Source of the DNA: Candidatus Bathyarchaeia archaeon
GTDB lineage: Archaea; Thermoproteota; Bathyarchaeia; Bathyarchaeales; Bathycorpusculaceae
Length of the DNA stretch: 64,000 nt
Reading direction: 5' to 3'
NCBI GenBank assembly: GCA_038882655.1
Contig: JAVZNT010000001.1
Location: forward strand, 1-64,000
Positions 28,968-38,141 of this stretch are shown here, piece by piece. Under the pieces are notes generated by a model. The model did not search any database, was not told the DNA's origin, and saw only the letters and a program-made list of their open reading frames with translations. Numbering within the stretch: position 1 is the stretch's first letter; the number at the start of each line of letters is the position of its first letter. A program made the translations under genes and the position numbers.

Positions 28968-30575
28968 ATGACGGAACGCGTTTTCAGAAACAGTTCCTAC
29001 CTAAATGGAAAATCAACAACTGGAACAACAACCCGCGTCAAAGACACAAGCCCCACAAGCGGCATGTGTCCCATATGCATCCGCGACTGCCCAATAATGT
29101 GTGAAATAGGCTTGTCAGCATTCAGAGGAAGGGAAGCCCTCTATCCAGAACCCGTGCAATTCGGTTTCAGCACCGCCGGAGCCCTAAAAGACTTCGGCTT
29201 GGACTGGTCCCACTTCAACATACAAGCAGGCCTCTTCGAAGCTCATGGGATAAAGGAAGACCCCGATTTGGCGTTGTTCCCAAACGTGAACATAGAAATT
29301 AAGGTCGGAGGCATACCGCTTAAAGTCCCCATATTGTGTGGCGCTTTCGGCTCCACCGATGTTGCGAGGCTGAACTGGGAAGGCTTAGCCATAGGCACAG
29401 CCCTTTCAGGGGCCATGATAATTGTTGGAGAAAACGTTTGCGGCATGGATCCAGAAGCCCAATTCACAAACGGCAAAGTAACCTACTCAAAAGAGCTAAA
29501 GCGCAGAGTCGACCTTTTCAGAAAATTCTGGGATGGAAAATATGGCGAAATAGCCGTCCAAACAAATGTTGAAGACCAGAGGCTTGGCGTCGACGTTTAC
29601 GCCATCTCAAAGCTAGAGGTCAATGTTATAGAGAGAAAGTGGGGACAAGGCGCGAAAGCCATAGGAGGCGAGGTCCGCGTAAGAGACCTTGAAAGGGCTA
29701 TAATGCTAAAGAAAAGGGGCTACATAGTAATCCCAGACCCAGAAGACCCGGCGGTACAGCAAGCCTTTAAAGACGGCGTATTCAAATCCTTTGAGAGGCA
29801 CAGCAGAGTTGGTATACCAAAGGAGAAAAACGTCGTAGAAGACATAGAATGGCTGAGGAAACAAGGGGCAAAACATGTAACCCTAAAAACGGGCGCTTAC
29901 AGGCCGTCGGCAGTGGCATACACTTTGAAAATAGCTTCAGAAGCAAAAATTAACGCCGTATACTTTGACGGGGCTGGCGGCGGCACAGGCATGAGCCCTG
30001 TTCCAATGATGGATGAGATGGGCATCCCAACAGTTTTCCTGGAAGCCATAGTGCTTAAATGTGCCCAAATATTGAATAGGAAAGGTCGCTACGTGCCGGA
30101 CATAATTATGGCTGGAGGCTTCATAAACGAAACTCAAATTTTCAAGGCTATAGCCATGAGCAACTTTGGGGACGGACCCCTCGTAAAAGCCGTTCTCATG
30201 GGTCGTTCTCCGCTCACCGCTGTTATGAAGGCAAGTTATTTCAAACAGTTGGCTGACGAAGGAAAACTTCCAAAGGCTTTTGCCGACAAATTTGGCGCAA
30301 CTCCGGAGAAGTTCTTCATAGCTGTTCCAGAGCTAAAAGAGAAGTATGGAGAACGCTTCAAAGAAATCCCATGGGAAGCCGTAGCCCTCTATACATACTT
30401 GACAGACCGCATAGGCGTTGGGCTAAAGCAGCTCTTAGCTGGTGCCAGGAAATGGCGGCTAGACCTAATCAACAGAAACGACCTAATGAGCCTCTCAGAA
30501 CTTGCAGCCAAAGTGACTGGTATATCGTTAGCCCACGAGGCAGAAGCAGACGCTATTGAAAGAATTTTAGACTAG
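28968..30575 (+). CDS. FMN-binding glutamate synthase family protein (stand-alone synthase domain)
   Basis: IERKWGQGAKAIGGE, DGAGGGTGMSP, MAGG, N-terminal CxxCxxxCxxxC. Confidence 0.85.
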   Translation: MTERVFRNSSYLNGKSTTGTTTRVKDTSPTSGMCPICIRDCPIMCEIGLSAFRGREALYPEPVQFGFSTAGALKDFGLDWSHFNIQAGLFEAHGIKEDPDLALFPNVNIEIKVGGIPLKVPILCGAFGSTDVARLNWEGLAIGTALSGAMIIVGENVCGMDPEAQFTNGKVTYSKELKRRVDLFRKFWDGKYGEIAVQTNVEDQRLGVDVYAISKLEVNVIERKWGQGAKAIGGEVRVRDLERAIMLKKRGYIVIPDPEDPAVQQAFKDGVFKSFERHSRVGIPKEKNVVEDIEWLRKQGAKHVTLKTGAYRPSAVAYTLKIASEAKINAVYFDGAGGGTGMSPVPMMDEMGIPTVFLEAIVLKCAQILNRKGRYVPDIIMAGGFINETQIFKAIAMSNFGDGPLVKAVLMGRSPLTAVMKASYFKQLADEGKLPKAFADKFGATPEKFFIAVPELKEKYGERFKEIPWEAVALYTYLTDRIGVGLKQLLAGARKWRLDLINRNDLMSLSELAAKVTGISLAHEAEADAIERILD

Positions 30576-30646
30576 CCCCCTCCCTTTTTCTTCCCGTATT
30601 ATAGCCAACCTTTTAAGGCTTCTCAGAATAATAGGTTTGGAGGTAA

Positions 30647-31903
30647 ATGCTTATGGAGAAAAGCTATTCTGCTCTAGATACTGCACTGGAACAGTTGAGA
30701 ATAGCCGCAGAAAAACTTGAGCTCGACCCCGGACTGCATGAAATGCTAAAATATCCTAAGAGGACGCTTATGGTTTCTGTAAACATTAGGATGGACGATG
30801 GAGCCATCAAGACCTTCTTGGGGTGCCGTGTTCAGCACAACGATGCAAGGGGACCTTTTAAAGGCGGCATAAGATACCATCCAAAAGTAACTTTGGACGA
30901 AGTTACCGCATTGGCCATGTGGATGACATGGAAATGCGCTGTTGTCGACATCCCATATGGAGGAGCCAAAGGCGGAGTTTGCTGCAACCCAAAAGAGATG
31001 TCAAAAGGTGAGCTTGAACGGGTGACAAGACGGTACACAAGCCTAATCTTGGACCTTATTGGGCCGTACCGGGATGTGCCGGCGCCGGACGTCTACACAG
31101 ACGCGCAGACAATGGCCTGGATAATGGACACTTACAGCCAATTTAAAGGTTACAGTGTCCCAGAATGTGTTACTGGAAAGCCTTTAAGTGTTGGCGGTTC
31201 TGAGGGAAGGGCTGAAGCCACATCTCTTGGCGTCATGTTTTGCGCAAGAGAAGCCGCAAAAATCCTCGGACTAAAAATAAAAGATGCGGGAGTTGTGGTT
31301 CAAGGGTTTGGGAGTGTGGGGTGGAACGCCGCAAAAATAGCCTACGATTGGGGATGCAAAATATTGGGCGTAAGTGACTCCAGCGGAGGGATTTATTGCA
31401 AAGAAGGATTAAACCCCTACAAAGTTTATGAGCATAAGGCGAAGACGGGTTCCGTCTTAAACTTTGAGGATTGCAAGAACATCACTAACGAAGAACTATT
31501 GGAGCTAGACTGCGATATTTTGGTGCCAGCAGCATTAGAGAACCAAATAACAAAAACAAACGCCAACAATATAAAGGCAAAAATTGTGGCGGAAGGAGCT
31601 AACGGACCAACAACCCCAGAAGCCGATAAAGTGCTTGATGAAAAAGGGGTGTTCCTAGTTCCAGATATATTGGCGAACTCCGGCGGCGTTACGGTGAGTT
31701 ATTTTGAATGGGTTCAAAACCTAACAAGGGAGCATTGGACTCTTGAAGAGGTAAACCAGAAGCTCGAAAGAAAAATGGTGAGAGCATTCAACGACATCTA
31801 CAAAACCTCGAGGGATGAGAAAGAACCTATGCGAACAGCCGCCCTAATGCTGGGAGTTGGACGGGTGGCTGAGGCAATAAAGACTTTAGGTTTATGGCCT
31901 TAA
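30647..31903 (+). CDS. gdhA: Glutamate dehydrogenase (canonical length)
   Basis: [40 protein letters not shown]. Confidence 0.93.
   Translation: MLMEKSYSALDTALEQLRIAAEKLELDPGLHEMLKYPKRTLMVSVNIRMDDGAIKTFLGCRVQHNDARGPFKGGIRYHPKVTLDEVTALAMWMTWKCAVVDIPYGGAKGGVCCNPKEMSKGELERVTRRYTSLILDLIGPYRDVPAPDVYTDAQTMAWIMDTYSQFKGYSVPECVTGKPLSVGGSEGRAEATSLGVMFCAREAAKILGLKIKDAGVVVQGFGSVGWNAAKIAYDWGCKILGVSDSSGGIYCKEGLNPYKVYEHKAKTGSVLNFEDCKNITNEELLELDCDILVPAALENQITKTNANNIKAKIVAEGANGPTTPEADKVLDEKGVFLVPDILANSGGVTVSYFEWVQNLTREHWTLEEVNQKLERKMVRAFNDIYKTSRDEKEPMRTAALMLGVGRVAEAIKTLGLWP
31073..31128. repeat. 56-bp tract identical (inverted) to 26973-27028
   Basis: Direct comparison. Confidence 0.9.
31529..31626. repeat. 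98-bp tract identical (inverted) to 26475-26572
   Basis: Direct comparison. Confidence 0.9.
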
Positions 31904-31996
31904 TAGCAGTCATAAACTTTGAAAATCCTAAACTCTCTTATCGCATTTTCTAGACTACACTTTTTATATCTTCGCTAAAGAGATTAGTAGAGCTGT

Positions 31997-32596
31997 TTGA
32001 AAGGAGAAAGTGCTTTGCAGGTGAGCATTTCCGGAAGGATTAAAGCCGTAGACTTCATGTTTGAGAACTCGCCAGTTAAGGTTATTGCCAACCGTAACTG
32101 CCCAGAAATCAAGCTGGCAGGATTAACCGTCGGCCCCTTCGAGGAAGGAAACGAGTATGAGGTTTTGTATTGGGTTGCACGGGAGCTTGAGAAGTTTGGC
32201 GTTGTCCGCTTTAGAAATGAAGAACTGCTTGACTCGGCTAAACTTTACAAGATTCACTGGAAAGAACGAGTGCAGACAGCTGGACAAGTTTCAGAGCTTC
32301 CAAGGGACTTTTATCCTAAACTCCGCAGGTACTTGAAGGGACTGAAAGAAGAGGCGACTAGGCATCCGGAGAAAATGCGGGAGTATGAGAAGGCGAAACA
32401 GTTGACGCTGGACATTTTGAATTTACGGTTAAAGAAAACTGTTTATTTGGCTTCTGCTCCAGCCCAAACTGAGCATGTTTTAAGAAACTTAACAGCAGAG
32501 GAAAGGCTCCTATACGAGCAAATTTATAGGTTTATTAATAAGTGGAAGGCTCAACTGCTTGAACGCGAAGACAAAGGAGGCGAGAAAGAAGAATGA
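31997..32596 (+). CDS. GINS subunit (Gins23/Psf2-like)
   Basis: N-terminal B-domain (GPFEEG.EYEV..WVA..L), LP.DFY, NLT.EE; directly upstream of and overlapping mcm. Confidence 0.82.
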   Translation: MKGESALQVSISGRIKAVDFMFENSPVKVIANRNCPEIKLAGLTVGPFEEGNEYEVLYWVARELEKFGVVRFRNEELLDSAKLYKIHWKERVQTAGQVSELPRDFYPKLRRYLKGLKEEATRHPEKMREYEKAKQLTLDILNLRLKKTVYLASAPAQTEHVLRNLTAEERLLYEQIYRFINKWKAQLLEREDKGGEKEE

Positions 32597-34626
32597 CTGA
32601 AGAGCTGGAAGTAATAGACCCGCAAGAACGCTTTCTAGAACTTTTCAAAACGGAAAAATACCGCCAAAAAATCTCCCAACTGGCGGTTTCTGGAAAAACG
32701 TCGCTAATTGTTGAATTTGAAGACGCCCTCACCTTTGATCAGAGACTTGCAGACCAGCTTCTTGAAAAGCCAGAAGAATACTTGAAGCACGCAGACAATG
32801 CAGCCCAAAACCAACTAGCCATAGAAGCCCCAGAATACGCGGAAAAACAAAAAGTCACCGTTCGAATTGTTAGGTTACTGGAGCCGACACCGCTGCGGAA
32901 ACTCGGTGCAGCCCACATAGGAAAACTTGTGATGATTGAAGGCATTGTGGTGCGTTCAACACCAGTCCGTCCGATGGTGATGCGGGCAGCCTTCAAATGC
33001 AGGGGATGCGGAAACATAACATATGTAGACCAAACTGGTCCATTTCTTAAGGCTCCATTTGCATGTGCTGACCCATCATGTAGGCGAAAGGGACCCTTCG
33101 ACTTCGTGCAAGAAGAATCAAATTTCATAGATTCGCAGGACCTTCGCATACAAGAGCGCCCAGAAGACCTCCCACCGGGACAGCTTCCCCGCACATTACA
33201 CGTTAAGCTTGTTGGAAGCGAAGTTGTTGACGTGGCAAGACCAGGCGACCACGTTTCAATTGTTGGCATTGTTCGCGCCGCAGCCCCAACCATGCCTAGA
33301 GTTGGAAAACTCCGCACATTTGTTTTACACCTAGATACAAACTCCATCGAAGTTTTAGGCAAAGAACCCGAAGTGACGCTTCCATCGCCAGAAGAGGAGA
33401 AGCAGATTCTAGAGCTTGCAAAGGACCCTTGGATACATAGGAAAATAATGAATTCCATTGCGCCTTCGATTTACGGCTACGAGCATGTTAAAGAGTCGAT
33501 AATGTACCTTCTCTTCGGCGGTGTTCCAAAGACGCTTCCAGACATATCGATTAGGGGTGAGCTTAACATTCTTTTGGTAGGTGACCCAGGAACAGCTAAA
33601 TCCCAACTATTGCAGTATGTGGCGAGAGTTGCGCCTAGAGGGCTCTACACTTCAGGAAGGGGGACAACCGCGGCTGGTTTAACCGCGGCGGTTATACGTG
33701 AAAAGGGCGGGGGAATGAGCCTTGAAGCTGGAGCCCTTGTGCTTGCAGATAAGGGAATAGCGTGCATAGACGAGATAGATAAAATGCGCCCAGAAGACCG
33801 AGTTGCAATACATGAAGCCATGGAACAGCACACTGTTTCTGTGGCGAAAGGCGGCATAGTAGCAACCCTTAATGCACGAACAGCGATACTTGCAGCTGCA
33901 AACCCCGCTTTGGGCAGATATGAATCCCGTCGGACGATAGCGGATAACATTTCGCTTCCGGTAACTATCCTTTCAAGGTTTGATCTAATATTTGTATTGA
34001 AGGATGTCCCAAACAAGGAAACAGACGGCAAGATGTCAGAGCACATCCTCGAAATTCACCGTAAGGGCTTAAGCCCCGTGGAGCCGCCCATACCCCTGGA
34101 ACTTTTGCGAAAATATGTTAGCTATGCGAAAGCGATAAAACCGGTCCTAACCAGTGAGGCACTGCAACGCCTAAAGGACTTCTATTTGGCTATGCGTTCA
34201 GCAAGCGAGTCAGAAGGCTCCCCAATCGCAATAACCGCCCGGCAGCTGGAATCGCTTATACGCCTAGCTGAAGCCAGAGCAAGGGCCGCCCTAAGAACAG
34301 AAGTTTTAGCAGAAGACGCTGAAGCAGCCATAAACATAATGAAACGCTCCTTGGAAGAGGTTGGAATAGATCTATCCTCATATAAATTCGACATAGACCT
34401 CATAATGACAGGAAAACCAAAAAGCCTCAGAGACAAGCTGCAAGTACTGCTTTCAGTGCTAACGGAAATGGAGAAAGAAATAGGAATGGTTGACAAAGCC
34501 GCTTTAATCAACAGACTTGAAAAAGAATACAAGATTCCAAGAATCGAGGCAGAACGCCTAATCAACCAACTTCTACGCGAGGGAACAATATATGAGCCTA
34601 GGGAAGGCTACCTTAAGAAAACGTGA
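32593..34626 (+). CDS. mcm: MCM replicative helicase
   Basis: Zinc finger, GDPGTAKSQ, IDEIDKM, SRFD, TARQLES, C-terminal winged helix; no intein seen. Confidence 0.98.
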   Translation: MTEELEVIDPQERFLELFKTEKYRQKISQLAVSGKTSLIVEFEDALTFDQRLADQLLEKPEEYLKHADNAAQNQLAIEAPEYAEKQKVTVRIVRLLEPTPLRKLGAAHIGKLVMIEGIVVRSTPVRPMVMRAAFKCRGCGNITYVDQTGPFLKAPFACADPSCRRKGPFDFVQEESNFIDSQDLRIQERPEDLPPGQLPRTLHVKLVGSEVVDVARPGDHVSIVGIVRAAAPTMPRVGKLRTFVLHLDTNSIEVLGKEPEVTLPSPEEEKQILELAKDPWIHRKIMNSIAPSIYGYEHVKESIMYLLFGGVPKTLPDISIRGELNILLVGDPGTAKSQLLQYVARVAPRGLYTSGRGTTAAGLTAAVIREKGGGMSLEAGALVLADKGIACIDEIDKMRPEDRVAIHEAMEQHTVSVAKGGIVATLNARTAILAAANPALGRYESRRTIADNISLPVTILSRFDLIFVLKDVPNKETDGKMSEHILEIHRKGLSPVEPPIPLELLRKYVSYAKAIKPVLTSEALQRLKDFYLAMRSASESEGSPIAITARQLESLIRLAEARARAALRTEVLAEDAEAAINIMKRSLEEVGIDLSSYKFDIDLIMTGKPKSLRDKLQVLLSVLTEMEKEIGMVDKAALINRLEKEYKIPRIEAERLINQLLREGTIYEPREGYLKKT

Positions 34627-34663
34627 ATTAAGTATATGATGCGGTAGATAAAAGAGGCTGCGG

Positions 34664-35221
34664 TTAACTAGCTGCTTTGATATTGGTTTCTTTGTGGTAT
34701 TGGGCGTTGGCGGTGAAGACTATCAAGCTTACTGTTACTCCAATGTCTGTGGTTGATATGTGGTCCAGTTGGAATACGTAGACAACCATGCGGGCTCCGG
34801 AAGGCAAAATCAGAGAGTTTGACCCAAGCTGGTTGAATGTTGAACCAGTATAGTTGCCTTCAAGATATGTTTCTGGGTTATCGCTGGCTATCCATTTCAA
34901 CTCGGATGGCAGAGTTTGGCTGGAATTAAGTTTCCAGTAATATATATAATTGGAGTCACATTTTCGTCCCCTCACTGTTATTTGTTCGACAACAACGTCG
35001 CGTCCACCAGTATTAGTTATTGTGAAGGCTGCTGAAGCATCCCCGTCGCTGGTACACCACACGTAGAGTTGTGTTATCTGTAGATATTCATCTTGGACTC
35101 GAGTTGTGACAACGTTTATAGCATAAAATGTTACGACAGTCGCTAAAAGCACCGAAACCACTAAGATTATTAGAGTTGTCACTACTACGCTTAAGCCTCT
35201 AACATTTTTTAATAGACGCAT
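34664..35221 (-). CDS. Archaeal type IV pilin-like protein
   Basis: Class III signal KNVRG/LS followed by a hydrophobic helix; ITNTGGRD. Confidence 0.75.
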   Translation of the reverse strand: MRLLKNVRGLSVVVTTLIILVVSVLLATVVTFYAINVVTTRVQDEYLQITQLYVWCTSDGDASAAFTITNTGGRDVVVEQITVRGRKCDSNYIYYWKLNSSQTLPSELKWIASDNPETYLEGNYTGSTFNQLGSNSLILPSGARMVVYVFQLDHISTTDIGVTVSLIVFTANAQYHKETNIKAAS

Positions 35222-35450
35222 ATATTCATCTCCAAGACTGATTTTGTTGACATTTAAAATGGAAGAGAAAAGTAATACGATTTGTACGTAGCAGAAGCCA
35301 ACGCAAGTTAGAGATTTTAATCAAAAGTTTTGACTTCATGAAAGTATTAGGATTAAATCTTGTTAATGCTCATTGCCAATTAGAAGCATTAAGAAATTTA
35401 AGGTTGCACCATGCAAAGTACTGATGAAAAATGTAAAATTTTCCTAAAAA

Positions 35451-36221
35451 CTAAGAAATATAAGTAATCTTTTTGTCCTCTTCTCTCCGCATCTCTTCGG
35501 CTTGCAATATTCTTTTCTCTTCGATTTTCCGCAGTCTCGCCATCATGCCCTCAGCTTTGGCAATTTCAGCATCTAGCCCAGTCAAGTCGACGTTTATTCC
35601 CAAAATTTTCAGTAAAACTTCTAAAACACTTTTAGCCGCCTTTGGGTCTGGCAGATACCCTCGTGTTTCGCCTAGAAGACACAAAGCGTCAATCTTTCTG
35701 AACGGCGCCAAACCAAGGATTAATCCAGCTGTGCCTACTATTGGACTTCCCATGGGGCTTATTACGGCGTTGGCTTGTAAAGCCTTATTGAGGAGAGCTT
35801 GGCTTGTTGCCGCCGCTACGACTCTAGGCTTGTCTGTTTCAACTCTGTAGCCGCCTATTGTTATAACAAGCTTCACGCCATGTCTTTGGGCGAAGTCAAG
35901 TATGCTATTGGAGATTTCATATTGCCCTTCAATGGTTTGGGCTTGGCTGTCTCCGGTGAAAAGGATCAGGTCGTTTTCTTCCCTGTCATTCTTCCGGAGA
36001 TAAAAAGTGCCTCGAAGAAGTCTGACGCTTCCCTTTTTGCTTACAAGCACAAAGTACGGAAAATGAGGTGAGTACAAATATGCAAGTTTTTGTGCTCCAA
36101 GCTGTTTAATCAGGTAGCGAGTGGCGATTTTTCCAACAAGCCCCAGTCCCGGAAGACCCTCAATCAATATTGGGTTTTTTAATTCAGCCTTTTTTAACTC
36201 TTTAATCATCGTCTCCTTCAC
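35451..36221 (-). CDS. PAC2-family proteasome assembly chaperone
   Basis: IEGLPGLGLVGKIA, GDSQ, IVG.AGL, LLGETRG..PDP.AA, C-terminal YIS; follows nop10. Confidence 0.9.
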   Translation of the reverse strand: MKETMIKELKKAELKNPILIEGLPGLGLVGKIATRYLIKQLGAQKLAYLYSPHFPYFVLVSKKGSVRLLRGTFYLRKNDREENDLILFTGDSQAQTIEGQYEISNSILDFAQRHGVKLVITIGGYRVETDKPRVVAAATSQALLNKALQANAVISPMGSPIVGTAGLILGLAPFRKIDALCLLGETRGYLPDPKAAKSVLEVLLKILGINVDLTGLDAEIAKAEGMMARLRKIEEKRILQAEEMRREEDKKITYIS

Positions 36222-36388
36222 TTGGTGTTAACCTCCTTTTTCAAAGCCATTCTGTATTTTAGGTATTTGTCCTCGGGCGAAAACTTAGGTGGATGGGGCA
36301 CTCGAACTGGTCCACCACAATAGGGGCACTTATCCTTTCTCAGAGTGTATTTTCTGCATTTTTCACATTTCCTCAGCAGCCAAGCCAC
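36218..36388 (-). CDS. nop10: H/ACA RNP protein Nop10; absent from ORF track
   Basis: Manual translation MAWLLRKCEKCRKYTLRKDKCPYCGGPVRVPHPPKFSPEDKYLKYR. Confidence 0.94.
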   Translation of the reverse strand: MAWLLRKCEKCRKYTLRKDKCPYCGGPVRVPHPPKFSPEDKYLKYRMALKKEVNTK

Positions 36389-37177
36389 CTACTTCTCCCT
36401 TCTGAAAGTTCCTTGTCCACCAGCCTTAATAACGTTTGAAATAATGTTTTCAGCAATCCTTTGCAGAACGGCTTCCGCATGCTTATAGTTTTCAGCTAAA
36501 ACCTCAATACAGTATTTTGGCGCCGCCATCACATAGAACCGAATATTTGCACCTCGTGTTTTCTCGGATTTTTTAGCGTTCAAAAAAGCCTCCTTAATAA
36601 CCTCTACTCCGTTGGGTTTTAGGCAACGGAGCTCCACAATCCCCTTAACTTTAACTGTTGGTAGGCGAATTCTTTCCTTTGCAACTTCAACAAAAACCTC
36701 AGCCAGCTCTTTCGGTACACTTATCTTTGTTAAAACTTCCGCGCCTTCTTTTGCGGCTTTTTCAAACCCTTCGTACAAGCCGTATTCCTTTTCGATGAAG
36801 GCTCCAGCTTTCTTATAAACCTCTTCAACAGATAAGCCAGTTTTCTCAGAAACGCTCCTAAGCAGTGCCTCAGCTTTTCGCTCTTTCTTCCATGAAAGCA
36901 TCTTCTCAATTTTCTCTCTTTTTGTTACCCTTCTGAGGGATAGGTCTATGTGACCCTTCTCCACGTCAACCCTTAAAACTTTCAAAACAACCTTCTGCCC
37001 TTCCCGAACAAAATCCCGTATATTCCTAATCCAAGAGGAGGCTACTTCTGAAATGTGCAGAAGGCCCCTCTTATCAAACTCGTCAAGCTTCACATAGGCC
37101 CCATAGTCAGTTACGGTTTCGACGGTAGCTATAACTAAGTCGCCAACTTCTGGCCACTCTTGCCTTCTCAAAGCCAT
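36389..37177 (-). CDS. eif2a: Translation initiation factor 2 subunit alpha
   Basis: S1 domain PEVGDLV..YGAYV.LDE, HISEV, GHIDLSLRRV, APKY. Confidence 0.95.
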   Translation of the reverse strand: MALRRQEWPEVGDLVIATVETVTDYGAYVKLDEFDKRGLLHISEVASSWIRNIRDFVREGQKVVLKVLRVDVEKGHIDLSLRRVTKREKIEKMLSWKKERKAEALLRSVSEKTGLSVEEVYKKAGAFIEKEYGLYEGFEKAAKEGAEVLTKISVPKELAEVFVEVAKERIRLPTVKVKGIVELRCLKPNGVEVIKEAFLNAKKSEKTRGANIRFYVMAAPKYCIEVLAENYKHAEAVLQRIAENIISNVIKAGGQGTFRREK

Positions 37178-37188
37178 TCGGCACCATC

Positions 37189-37404
37189 TCACTCAAAAAC
37201 CGCGACTATTTCACCTTTAATGGTCGCTTTGCCGCCGGAGGGCTCAGCTAACTCAACTCCGCAAACGTTGCATGTAACCCTATTCACTGCATGGCTGAAA
37301 ATTATCTGCTCGTTGCCGCACTTCAAACATTTAACCCTAACAAAAGCGCTCTTAGGTCTCGGAATGAGCTTCTCCCACTCAGCCATAAACTCTTCCTCCA
37401 TCAT
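37189..37404 (-). CDS. rps27e: 30S ribosomal protein S27e
   Basis: [20 protein letters not shown]...C..CG..L..P.GGKA. Confidence 0.96.
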   Translation of the reverse strand: MMEEEFMAEWEKLIPRPKSAFVRVKCLKCGNEQIIFSHAVNRVTCNVCGVELAEPSGGKATIKGEIVAVFE

Positions 37405-37407
37405 GTT

Positions 37408-37683
37408 TTAGGCTATAACCAGCTTCCTTAACCTTATTCCTTCTTTATGTCGCGTGTAACCACAAACCTTACACTTCAACTTCAAAGTTTGCTTCTTTGT
37501 AGTCTTAGCAAACTTCCTTTGCAAGGGATATTTCTGCCCACCGTAACCTTTCTTCTCCCGCTCGTGGTGCCGCTCACCCTTAGCTAAGGCTCTACGCTTA
37601 CCAGCCTTATAAAGCGAAACTGTGTGAATCTGATGCGCTTTACACTTAGGACAGTAAGTTCTAATTTCCTTTGGTACATTCAT
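37408..37683 (-). CDS. rpl44e: 50S ribosomal protein L44e
   Basis: TYCPKCK.H..H.V, GYGGQ, KTTKK..L.LKC..CG. Confidence 0.96.
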   Translation of the reverse strand: MNVPKEIRTYCPKCKAHQIHTVSLYKAGKRRALAKGERHHEREKKGYGGQKYPLQRKFAKTTKKQTLKLKCKVCGYTRHKEGIRLRKLVIA

Positions 37684-37766
37684 CCATATCACAGCCCAAC
37701 CTCTGCATTAAAAGACACGCATGCTCATATACTTTTTCGCTAAACGTCGCGACGTATCACCACAAA

Positions 37767-37985
37767 CTAAGAGGGCTCTTTCAACTTCAACAGCTGAAGA
37801 GCAATCAGCACTAAAGCCACAGTTAAGGTTCCGGCAATGTAACCAAGCGAAAAAACCATGAATAGCGCCATAAACTCAATTTTTAATGGCACTAAACCAA
37901 TCGCCAAAATCCCCGCTAAAAAGCCAGCTATGAAAACCGCAAATCCTAAAACTAAAAACCCAGCTAAAAAGCGTTTGTCAAGCAT
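37767..37985 (-). CDS. Small two-TM membrane protein
   Basis: Two long hydrophobic segments; AGGTG upstream. Confidence 0.55.
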   Translation of the reverse strand: MLDKRFLAGFLVLGFAVFIAGFLAGILAIGLVPLKIEFMALFMVFSLGYIAGTLTVALVLIALQLLKLKEPS

Positions 37986-38141
37986 CTTGCTAACACCTTG
38001 TCCTCTTTCTTACATTGTCTCCTTTTTAACCCTTTCCAGCAATGCTACACCTAAAATTGTACAGTAAACCAAAACTTAATGGGGCTGCATTACAGAGAAA
38101 ACATTTTTCTATTTTATTCACTCAACTAAAAGGGAAGGCGC

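Noticed and set aside
32739-33458. 239-aa antisense ORF inside mcm (similar ones inside pcn 48197..48739, guaA, mtaD and priS)
   Set aside because: Antisense shadows of conserved genes, with no recognisable motifs or SD.
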